DNA of 38,544 nucleotides, from the NCBI GenBank assembly GCA_013115145.1, contig JAAPAO010000331.1, forward strand, positions 1-38,544. The letters are read 5' to 3'. Of this stretch, positions 22,228-33,109 are shown piece by piece (position 1 is the first letter of the stretch; every line of letters starts with the position of its first letter). Source of the DNA: Perkinsus chesapeaki ATCC PRA-425. Taxonomy: Eukaryota; Protista; Perkinsozoa. The notes beneath the pieces were generated by a model, which saw nothing but the letters and a program-made list of their open reading frames with translations, was not told the origin of the DNA and ran no database searches. Position numbers and translations under genes: made by a program.

Positions 22228-25200
22228 CTGGCCAGTCTATTAACCGCCCATTCATGGTTAAATGGACAGATATCATCCTCAGCACACCATAGCCTCTCCG
22301 CAACAGCAGCAGCTCTGGGCCATACTCGGGGCATGAAGACACTCTCATCAACCGACTCGCCTGCAATGAGGGCAATCGATCCAGAGGAACGTTGGATTTT
22401 TGGGCCCAGAAGGAATGTGTCATTTATTGCTTCCCTTTGGTTGTCTAAAAACGTATTTTCTACCAAATTTCCGTCGTATCTCCTTTTCCGCATTTCTGTG
22501 CGACTAGATGCCCCCGTGGCTCGCTCTGGTTCAGTTTTGCGCATTCTGAATTCCACATCGAATGATTAGATCCAATACGCCACCTGGTTCAACCCGAAAA
22601 ACTTTTCAATTAGCCGCGCACATTTGATGGTTCATTTCAAGACTTGGTCGGCGAATTGAGGAAATAGCGGTATGAGCCTACCCCACATGCAAGCCTCCCC
22701 TCCAACCAAAATGCCATTCTTGTCTCGTTTAAAAGGGACGTCGTAAAATGCAGCCCAATCTCTGAGAAAGGAAATAATAGCTCAGCATCCACTAGGGATG
22801 ACACAAGACAGATAAAAATGAACAGAAGAGAGCCATAACTAAAGAGACATGATGTCTCAGACATCCCCGACTCGGCCACAGCCAGGAACTGCCACGCAGG
22901 GCGGCCAGTCGCACCGTGTGCGAGAATCAGTAACGAAACGTTCTCCATGTTGCGTGGTGAGAATCAATAACGAAATGATCTATGACACCTGCATTTTCTG
23001 GGCGAATCACCAATTTAGTGGCACTAAGTCCAATTTCAAGAGTTTTTCCTTGAAAGATTGAAGGTGGCGAGCTTGAAACATATAATAATATATAGTAGAA
23101 GTACAAGGTTATAAACCCGATTTTATACAATACACCAAATAATCGAAATATACAAACTTACTGCCCAAGTAGATCAAGATAGAAAGCAGAGCTGAAAATT
23201 AAACTTCTGAACTTCCCAGACTCTGCCATCTAAAAACCAAGTTATGAAAGCGATTGTGTGATCGATTTACTCACAGCCAGTGTCCTTGAGGCATCGTACA
23301 GCCAAATCTGCCATGTGTCCACAACATCCGTCTCTGTAGGGTTGTCATTCAGGAAGTCATTCCACAGAATCACAGTTGCTCCTGGAATGCAAATGAATTC
23401 CGATAAGCAATTTTCGGAGACAGGATTTGTGTCGGGGACAATTTTATTGTGCAACGCCAACGGCACGGAAAATTGCTAAAATTTTCTGGTCGGGTTAGAC
23501 TGGGGCAAGCTCGATCCATTGGTGATCGAGTTGGGAGAGTTGGATGAAAGTAATTAAGTTAATTCCTTTTCTACTGTTATTAATTAAGTGCATTAATTAG
23601 CATAAGAATTAACTAATACATTAACTAAGTATTAGATAATTGGATCTCTTCAGCATTTCTAGATGTCGCGCACTGTAATTAATCAATTTAATTATTGAGA
23701 AGACGAATTAGCATTTACCATTAATTTTATTTTATATCAACTATCATCAATTATTTTATGAAGGTAAATATTAATTAACATTATTAATTCATATAAATTT
23801 ATTAAGGTTATTAAGGTTACCTTTTGTATAACTTTTCTCAAGTTCTCCTTTTACAAGTGTTTCAGGAAGTTGTCTGTCCCAACTAACCCGCATGGGTTAC
23901 CTGTTTTCTCTTTAACTTCCTTCACCGCATGAGACAGCCAATAATCGACTAAATCTGTGCGGTTGTGGAATTTGCTAACAAAGCGAGGTAGCATTCAGCC
24001 ATTCAGGTAGGATACTCACCCGTGTTCTTGTGTCCATTTGGTGAGGGCCGCGGAATCCCAGGCATCACCGATTTCGTCACCTCCAAGGTGGAGCACCTTA
24101 TCTCCTGAAAACTGTACTTCCATTTTCGTCAAGTTAGCTAAATATTAATGCGGCAATGAGTTTAGTGATGCTTCATGGAAAAATACTCTATGCACGGCGA
24201 ACTTTCGAGCGGATTGCCGCACTCGATTTTTCATCCAGCACGCCGAGCTTGATTTTTGTCAGGCTCTGTACGATAAAGATCGTCATTAGTTATCGATGGA
24301 CTCATCGAGCTTTACCGTTATTGATTCTTCCGGATGCGTTGTTATAGAAGATATCCACGACCTCGGACATCACCGCGACGGTCATCTCTCTTGTCTTATC
24401 ATTTATGGGGTCCATCCAATACTTGGCGTCACCAGTGAGCCAGGGATATCTGATGACAACAAGGATAAACGGGACACCACCGTGGAGAGGAGGGACTGTA
24501 TTTCGCTCACCCATCGACGCAACACAAAACTGCTTCACATTCGGCGTCCAAGTGAAAAGTTTTGAAAAAGCCTACTTTTTATGACGTGACTGTAAGTCTC
24601 TCCGAGTCTAGCTCGTGAAGATGAGATTGCTACTCGGTTTTACAAACCCGAAACCGAGGGACAATTTTTCCCAAACTAGACTGAGCCATTTTCGGCAACG
24701 GTCCATGGTACGGCTGGTATCAATAGTAAAGGACGACTTCTCACCTCATCTTTCTTAGAGTGAAATTTTATAATGAACTATGAACCGTTTGGTTTTTTGT
24801 ATTTTCCAAACCTATTTGTAAAGGGTTTCAAAACTTCATTGGTCGAGTATTTGATCTGGAATCGGATGAAAAGTTATGGGACACCTTTCACAACGCAATC
24901 CTCTTACCCTCGGAGCCAGCTGGTCGTATGTGCTGGAACGTCAATCTCGGGTATCACTTTGATGCCCAAACGGTTCGCGAATTTCACGACGCTTCTCACC
25001 TCCGCCGGAGAGTAACTGAAGTTGCGTCGCCGACCAGGCGTGAAGTTGGCCTACGAGACAGGTGTGGGGTTCTTCTTCTGAAGGTCGGGGAAGCTATCGA
25101 GCTTCAATGAAAAGCTTATGTCGTCCGAAAGATGCCAGTGAAGGACATTCATCTGAAGAGGGAAGGGGACACTGCCCTTTCTAAAACGCTCGCAATTCTA

Positions 25201-28030
25201 TCAGCCTCGTCCGAGATTTCCGGCGGTGTCGATGCCGCCAGCTATTCTGGAAACTTTATAACAATTCGCTCACACCGTGTTCTGGAAGTGAACATACTTC
25301 AGGAGGGCAGTGTAGTGAGTTCATTAGTGTTTAAATATATGCATGTTCTCGCGGCGAATATGAACTGGCGGAAAAAATAAATTTCGAGATACTTCACAGA
25401 GTTCTTTGCATTAAAGAACATGTTATCTATGGCGATTCGGCGGAGTCAACCGAGGAAGAATCAACCAGAACTAGAATTTATAAAACTGTTGAGCGGGTCG
25501 AAGACTGGCAACCTTGAATCAATCTTCGATGGAGTGGTGGATGGCCCTTATACAGAGAGTTATTGGGGAGCATTAAACGTTCCCAGAAATGATGCATTTG
25601 GTCACCAAATTTTGGTGCTCCTCCAGGCCCTAGGGACCAATTTTCAAACGGAGTTCCTAGTATACAGGGTTTCCGCATTACGAACATCTTTTAGGTTACA
25701 CGTGAGGGTAGATAAATCCATTGTCGTTCGCCGAGCTCACCTTCGTCCAAGCCATAATGATGAGGTTCTTCTCAATGACACTGACCGGGAGATATCTGCG
25801 TCCTGTGTCGATAAGCATCCCCCGGTGATCGAAGGAGGGGTAATCGACGACAGTGAAGCCGTGGTAAAGCAGTGAGAATAAGTCCTCCTTGTGGTTGTGT
25901 GCGATTTGGAACTGAGGAGCCGACAATGTGGATACGGCTATGCCACGACGTTCTCTGATGATCGATATTGATTATGTTCAGTCACAGTGACAGAGTAGAG
26001 ATGTCAATCAATGACTGCCGAAGTTCCCACACCACTTACACCGGTGGCAGCTCCATACAAGAACCCAACTCGTGTGCTGTACTTCATGTGGCATCTCAGT
26101 TTCTCGCAGTTCAGCTCATAGCCTTCCCTCGGCTGCTCACTGTCGTAGACTACGGCGGTCTTTACGGGGTTGCCGCCTGAGAAGCTCGATGTTTGCATTC
26201 TATTCGCCATGTGGCGCCGTAACCTTCTTACAGATTCGATGGCCAAAAATACGGAGAATAATAAATCTATGTTGAGCTAGATACGTAAGGTTTAAGGTTC
26301 ATATACAGGTATAAGATTTATGTGTACGGCTCATACTGCATTGAAGTCAACTGAGTGAGCTACAGGGACTGAAGGCCTAGAAGCCAGTGAATAATCAGCG
26401 GCTTTGGCGCAGTAGGTAGCGCGTAGGTCTCATAATCCTAAGGTCGCGAGTTCGATCCTCGCAGGCCGCACTATTATATCAAACATAATGGAATGACATT
26501 ATGCGATGTATACCACTTGGTGGTGTAAAGTTAATGTCAGCTGTGGGATTCGAACCCACGAGGATCTCTCCACCAGAACTTGAGTCTGGCGCCTTAGACC
26601 GCTCGGCCAAACTGACTACGTGAACAATGAATCACCGCGGATACCGCACTCGCATATTGAGCTTTAGTTTTACGTCATCAACCAACTCTATCTCTCACGA
26701 AGGCGAATGCGCAGCGCAGTGCACCCAAGCAAGCGGTGAACCCTTAAACAACCAGTAGCCCGAAAACTCGAAGCCCAGAAACCGTGCAAAGGGATGGGCT
26801 ATGAGCCCGTAAACTGGCCGCCGCGGCGCGAGGGTGTAAATGACCTTATGGGTTTAAATTGCGAGCATAGACACGCACCCATGTTCGCAACATAAGCTCA
26901 AAGGGTCCAACCTGGGAGAGGAGGGTGGGTCAAAAACGCGGTAGAAAACAAATTATTATGGAATGCATGCACTGCCGCCCCGAACCTAGAAGGACCTTAT
27001 TTTCCTGCAAGTGCATGCACAGCGCACAAGGATTGTGCGCACGTGACCTGCTGACAGCAGGCTGCTGTCCGTGCACGCGTGCCGCAGATTGACGACAACA
27101 ACTAAACTTGTCTACTTCGTAAACCTCACATATTCTACTGTGTTGCACACTATTATAAGGAAGAACAATGGATATAAGTGTGACCGTGACAGCAAGCGTT
27201 CGACTCATGGCATGATTCGACGTTGGACGTAAATATGACCCTTCGAAGACATCCTAGGCCCTCCTAGACATTCTGAATGCCTGGGTTCGGCATGCTCAGC
27301 GAATAACTAAGCATCGACAGTTTGGCCGAGTGGTCTAAGGCGCTGGCTTAAGGCGCCAGTCCGAAAGGGCGTGGGTTCGAACCCCACAGCTGTCAAAGCT
27401 ATTGCAGCTTACTTTTCTGCTTGTACAAAGTCTTCCTCACAAAATCTAGATCTTCCTGCACCACTGGACCATTCGTTGAGCCTTTCCTCTCCGTCGATTC
27501 CTTTCCAAGATAAAAATCAAAATAATATTCACCATCGTTGAAGATATCTACAACGAAGCATGGTCAAAGATGCACCAACGCCGACGTTGTTTACTCTGAA
27601 CTTTCGGGTTAATCTTCATACTCTTCGGAACTGGCCATACGAGCAGTTCCGGTTGAGGAGGGACACTCGCAGCAGCGACTCTGATACAAGGAGGTAGTTG
27701 GATTGCAAAGAATTCGGTGGAGCGAATTTTTCGTTGAGAACGCACGAAGTTGTCGCAAAATCAAATTTCTGCCAACAGATTTGCTTCGCCCAAATGTTAA
27801 CCAACTCGATGCCTATCCTGCAAGACTCAACCAGGAATACTTCGAGAAGTGTGAATGACGATAAGAGATTCTTATCAACAATTTACGTTGCTCAGGTTGT
27901 CTAATGCATGATAGATTATTCGGAGGTCGAGAGTATCCGTGCTCAGATTGACTCCAAGAGCAGAAAATGTAAAGTTCCTCGAGACTTACATAATCGTCAG
28001 GAAGCTCGCAATGATATTCCTGCTCGGCAT
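22228..28030 (-). CDS. Beta-N-acetylhexosaminidase (GH20), secreted, about 13-14 exons identified; one in-frame TAG at 25051-25053; terminal exon(s) unresolved (possibly ~21217-21340)
   Basis: Spliced exons give: signal peptide MPSRNIIASFLTII (28030-27990) | VAAASVPPQPELLVWPVPK (27680-27595) | ... EGYEL..RVGFLYGAAT | DYPSFDHRGMLIDTGRRYLP | MNVLHWHLSDD..IKVIPEIDVPAHT (25152-24907) | LHLGGDE (24104-24020) | VILWNDF | SSAFYLD | QDWAAFY..VGGEACMWG (22761-22682) | ESVDESVFMPRVWPRAAAVAERLW (22360-22228). These are canonical GH20 motifs in order, with compatible intron phases where checked. Confidence 0.93.
22844..22865. repeat. Perfect 22-nt scar (GAGACATC) in a hexosaminidase intron
   Basis: GAGACAT-G-ATGTCT-C-AGACATC; the paralogous position 17521-17528 has only GAGGCATC. 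Confidence 0.95.
26398..26470 (+). tRNA. tRNA-Met (CAT), copy 2, intronic in hexosaminidase
   Basis: Identical to 19816-19888. Confidence 0.97.
26535..26616 (-). tRNA. tRNA-Leu (CAA), copy 2, intronic in hexosaminidase
   Basis: Identical to 19953-20034. Confidence 0.97.
27047..27068. repeat. Perfect 22-nt scar (CCTGCTGT) in a hexosaminidase intron
   Basis: CCTGCTG-A-CAGCAG-G-CTGCTGT. Confidence 0.9.
27316..27395 (+). tRNA. tRNA-Leu (AAG), intronic and antisense to hexosaminidase
   Basis: GACAGTTTGGCCGAGTGGTCTAAGGCGCTGGC-TTAAGGC-GCCAG...GGGTTCGAACCCCACAGCTGTCA; the 7-nt loop gives anticodon AAG. Confidence 0.95.
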
Positions 28031-28180
28031 TCCGGGAAACGGAACAACTACGAAGATCCTACTCCTGGAAAACCACACTTTCGAATCCTTCATCGGCGAT
28101 TATTTTCGAGAATAACTGAATTATTCAACACGGAAAAGATAGTAGATGGTGGATGGCCCCCAAATGTGCGCTACTTGGCA

Positions 28181-29302
28181 AATAAAACACTCGAAACCGA
28201 ACCAACTACTCGATAACGACGATAAGGCAGGCTCGTCATGGGCCATCGCTTAAGCTGGAACGAGCAAGCCTTCGACCGAGGCATTTGGCGAGTAACATTT
28301 TTGGGAGCCAGCGGAAGCTACCGAACATGAGTCTGAGTACCCCTACAGAAATGTGCTAAGCAAGATCCAAATACACCATTTCCAGACCTGTTCAAATAAA
28401 GCTCAGACCGTCGATTTCGATGATACGCCACTGGATCTGATCGATCGCCTATAACCATGGTACACGCTAATTCTTATCCCAGCGCGACCCATCCAAGACG
28501 CGCTTGAGTAGTGGTGGCTATCACAATGGTGCTTCAACTATATGTTAACATTGTATCCACGGTGTTCAGTTATGGGAGATAGATCGGTCCGCGGCGGAGT
28601 GCTTCATCGACCACATAGACGCCACGATGATATGACACGCGTTGTAGTGCTACGAGTGAAACTCAGTGACTTTACTACACTTCATGTTGACCGTCACTAG
28701 AGTTTGATTTCCTGGCTCACAAGATTCTCTAGTTCAACCCTACCAAATAGGTCTCGCGCTTTACTTAATTGTTCTGGGGTTTTACTAACTTGCTCTTGAA
28801 ATGGTGTATATGTTGTCACTGACAAGTTGCCAGCATGGAGGTAGAACGCACTTGTGGAAGATCGGAGATCGACTCTATCGAAACCATAACATTAAATCGG
28901 TTACATTCTCTCCTGAAGAAGCTTGTGTTCCCCCAACAACAACAACATCATCATAGGCAAGTTGCCCGGGGCAACTTCTATCAATTGAGAGCACTGCTGT
29001 TGCTGAGAACTGCAGAAAATTCAACAGCTTACAATTGATAAATACCCACGCTGTTGGTCCAACAGATGCATTGTTGCCGATTAGGCAATATAGCGTTCTC
29101 TAGTTGTTCGATATCAGTATCGGTGACACTAATCCAGATTTACTATCGCGAAATCTAGTGCCCGGTCTTTTTCCAAATATAAAGATACCCTTGCCCCAGC
29201 GTGATTAAAACACTCGAAATCAAAACAAAGGTTCAATAACGACAATCAGGTCGACTGTTCATGGGCCATCACCGTAGCTGAAATGAGAACCATAGACGCA
29301 GG
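28181..29302. repeat. Pair of diverged ~100-bp direct repeats (28181-28280 and 29204-29302)
   Basis: Shared blocks TAAAACACTCGAAA, ATAACGAC, TCATGGGCCATC and AGCTG at matching spacing; they cover the C-terminus and 3' flank of the 29246-29479 ORF. Confidence 0.7.
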
Positions 29303-32300
29303 TTCGATCCCGGCACCTCGCAACTTACGTCTCTTCGGAGCCACCGGTGCTTCGAGTGCGGCTGCCTTGTGGGCGTCAATGTAGACCTTACGCTGGAGAA
29401 AAAGTGCGATAATTAACAGAAAAACCGACAAGCCAAATCCAAGCGTGAAGGCAAGCAAGACTCGACCTGAGGGAGACACTGTGTTGAGCCCGCAGTAGAC
29501 TGAAGAACAAGTCCACCCAGTTAGACTATGTTGTGTTCGATCCAGTAACCTAGAACCAGCTTATACTATCCCTACAATTCAGAGATAAATCTATATATCT
29601 TTTATGATAGGAAGTAGACTAAACCTGACTGGCTACCATGCAGTGTTCGATAATGCCGAGGCGAGAGCATTGCTGTGATGGTACAATCTCAGAGAGCTCC
29701 CAATATTGTAACATTACAGCAATACGGTCACACGTAACATCACGGCCGATGACAGGAATAAGATCACAATCGAGTCAATGCCCCCATGGCGGACTTATTA
29801 GTTGTTTGGAAATGATATAAAGCTGCTGCGGTCGACTAGCACCGAGCGCCAGCGGTAGTAGACTCATGAGCCTTCTGCTGAATATACAATTCGATATTGT
29901 GATACAATATATGGGGGAAGACATTATAATCCCACGTCCCAGCATAAATTATTCTATCATTTCAGATCTCAAACTCTCCAGGATTATTGACCGATTCGGA
30001 CAATTCGGTTCACTCAAGAAAATAGATATGCGAAATCTGGGACTACTATAGCTCGCATTAGTTACTGCAGAAGCTTCTCTTCAAGCTCTATAAAGTCATT
30101 CCTAGCGGAGCGAAGCGTTTCATGTTACCGGTTTTTCGCGAGATAGCACGGCCTTCATCAACGTGGCCTTCCTCTAGTAGAACCGCCGTGTTGATCTCAT
30201 CAACGGCGAGATCAAGAAACTGCGAAGCAAATCTTGCGCGCCACGAAATTATGGCTCACCTTGACCAATCGTGTGCTCTGAGTCGCCTCAGTGGATGGCA
30301 CAGTGAGGAGAAGGAGTAAACAAGTTAGAAAAGTCATTAAAAGGTAATAGCTACAAGAGCATCTTAGCTTGGAGCGCGGAAGATACAAATGAGGTTGAAG
30401 GTAATACAACAAGAGAAGCTTATGAAGCGTAATCAACTTTACCATGTTACATTTAATTTCAACTTCTTCCCGTGCCTACGAATTCCCGTGAAGTGCTGGC
30501 TACCCCAAAAAAGGAGCGTTAACTCACCGACAGTCGACGACGTTACTGGCCATCCTAAAACTGCAACTTCCGAGGTGCACCAAATGCAGATGAGATAAAG
30601 TCCGTGACTTGACTCTGAAAAAATAAAACCCAATAGAGTCGAATCTGCTAATGCTACACCATACGGAGGCTCATCGAAAGAATAGAATCGATACGTTGGA
30701 AAGGATTCCTGATCCCGAGGATCTTCATCTGCGTCGGTGGTCCACTGGCAACAATTTTGCGCGACTTTTTGTTAGTACTTTTTGTTAACTTTTTGTTAAA
30801 GTATTTTTGTTATTCTGGACGCTCGTTCAAGGTGGTTGGCAATCTGACTATATCATTCCTTTCATAGATAGTCTTCCTAGATAGACATATCATCTGTGTT
30901 CCTTCATGTAATAAAGAGGTAAGTGGGAGGTGACATTTCAGAAGTGACTAACATTCGCCATAAAAATATCTCACTTCAACCGAGCCCGCTCTCTTCCGTG
31001 GCAGCCAGGGCGGAGACTCTACCTCCCTGGGAATCTTTGGCGGTGTCGAGTAGCCTGCCAATCTGCTGACAGCGAAAGTTTTATCATCGAACCCTACCTC
31101 CAGGAGCTATATGCTTCTCGGGAGTCGACTTGACCTTCTCCTGAGAATGATGCGAATAACTACTAATTGAAATGACTGCCTCGTAGACGACAACGAAACT
31201 GCTTTCCCGCGATAAAGTGCTCTTGTAGCACCAAGAGTCAGGCCCTCTCTATCAGGCACTGATTCGTGTTCGGGCAGTCCGTCCAGAAGGAACGTCTCCA
31301 CCTTTCTGTTTGGTAGTCCAGCAACACATTTTGTGGCCCATTGTGTCTCGGCATTGCAGGCGTTTTCAGCTTCTTGCGGAAAGCAATAATCGGCGGTGAG
31401 ATGCTTCCTTGATTGCACTGTGCCATTATTTATTTCTAATATCGATGTCATAGAGGGATAATATGACTATTTACATTGGGAAGTAATACAGTACCCGTGC
31501 CGCCTCACCAGTCTGGAAGTGCGTTAATACCGAATACTTCTACATTCTGATTTTAATTACAAAATTATTTGTTATTTTATTCGGTTTAAGAATCATCAAA
31601 TCCATGGAGCTAGGAAATGAACTCCTGTGCTCCAATCAGATATCTCGCCAGAATAATACCGAATCGTTACTTCGCGAACTATCCTCGCTCCTCATGAGCC
31701 TTACCGTAGAAATGATGCTCCCGCTCGTGGCGCAAATCTGTGCTACCTCCGAGTGGATGTTTTTTTCTGCCTCATTTCGAGACCTAACAGGTTTAGCAGT
31801 CCATACCACAATTCCTTTTCGAAAGGGAACGTTCACAAAAAAATCGATCAACCCTGTTCGAGTGAGTCGATCAACAAAAGGTTTAAGCGAACTCTCGTCC
31901 CAGAATCACAAAATCCTAAACTCTCAGAAACCACACTTTCCGACTGAGCTATCTTGTAACTAGCAACAGCTGAACGACGGCGAGAAGTATCCAACAGAAA
32001 CGGTTCCAGAGAGCTCACCGTGAATTATCAGTTGTACGATGTTTTTTATGCGGAGGACTGGAGTCGTGCCGTGACGAGCATTCCATAAATATTTCAGCAA
32101 GTGGCAAGCTGGAGGTGAAAAAATGACATAATTGTTGTGCAAGCTTACTCGCCCCCACAAACTCTAGAGGAACCACGTGTGAGACACACCAATAGTTGAG
32201 ATCGTGCGGCTTTGGCGCAGTAGGTAGCGCGTAGGTCTCATAATCCTAAGGTCGCGAGTTCGATCCTCGCAGGCCGCACTATTATCTCAAACAAAATGAA

Positions 32301-33045
32301 ATGACATTATGTGATGTATATTTATTAATATAATATAAACTATATATATAATTATAATAACCAGCTATACGATAACTAATAATATATTCTATTCACTAAT
32401 AATATCTATATAAAATACCAATAAATGGTAATATTGCTATAGGGATAAATTTATATAAGTATACCACTTGGTGTTGTAAAGTCAATGTCAGCTGTGGGAT
32501 TCGAACCCACGAGGATCTCTCCACCAGAACTTGAGTCTGGCGCCTTAGACCGCTCGGCCAAACTGACTCTGCACATCCCTCGCGATATCTCGCCAAATAT
32601 CCTAATTCAGTTACACACTTTTCTATGTATCCTTCTGTGAACACTTTGACAATTGATTCGGATAGAAGCCTTTCAATGACCAAACACCCAAACAGAGTGT
32701 TGTCAAAAACAGTAACTATCATTTTCCCAAGTTGCTAATTGCAACGACCGAGAGTTCATCCCCGAAAGTATATCAATCTATTTCCTCTCTCCCTGTGGGA
32801 AAGACTTTTGTTTAATATTTCTCCCTGCCCCCCAGCGCCAAGCGTTCCCTTTATTAAACAACCAAACGAAGCCTATGCTTGAATAACAGCATGACAAGCG
32901 TGATGATGGAATCAACAGTCAAAGTCTTGCGGGACGATTTTGCCTTCTGGACACCTGAAAGACGAAAAATGTTTTTTGGGCAACTTCCCGAGAGCACAAG
33001 CCGCCTATCCATCAATAAGAATCTATTTATTTTCATAATTGGCAT
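29246..33045 (-). CDS. Probable multi-exon hypothetical gene(s) ending in a single transmembrane exon; structure unresolved
   Basis: Last exon has a clear TM helix (VLLAFTLGFGLSVFLLIIALFL) followed by basic residues. Several AG/GT-bounded open segments upstream (~31.1-31.4, 31.6-31.8, 32.0-32.1 kb). No family recognised. Confidence 0.35.
32206..32278 (+). tRNA. tRNA-Met (CAT), copy 3
   Basis: Identical to 19816-19888. Confidence 0.97.
32321..32463. other. AT-rich insertion in the tRNA cassette spacer, flanked by a GTATA direct repeat
   Basis: Absent from the other three spacers; GTATA occurs at 32316-32320 and 32459-32463. Confidence 0.85.
32486..32567 (-). tRNA. tRNA-Leu (CAA), copy 3
   Basis: Identical to 19953-20034. 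Confidence 0.97.
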
Positions 33046-33109
33046 CTTTCACAATATCTATTAATTCCGATTATTTAGATTTCAAATCCTCCCAGCTCAC
33101 ATAAAACTA

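Noticed and set aside
22794-22804. TAGGGATGACA, similar to the maize Ac terminal repeat TAGGGATGAAA (also at ~17470)
   Set aside because: No inverted partner or 8-bp TSD found in the window; likely coincidence.
25420-25875. 151-aa + strand ORF
   Set aside because: Antisense shadow of a hexosaminidase exon and intron.
29293-29318. GGTTCGATCC B-box-like motif
   Set aside because: No cloverleaf or A box; lies antisense within a probable coding exon.
19816-32567. Regularly recurring identical units as a possible CRISPR array or prophage attachment sites
   Set aside because: The units are eukaryotic tRNA genes kilobases apart with no repeat-spacer periodicity and no cas or integrase genes.
32396-32722. 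108-aa minus-strand ORF
   Set aside because: Runs through tRNA-Leu and the AT-rich insertion; incidental.
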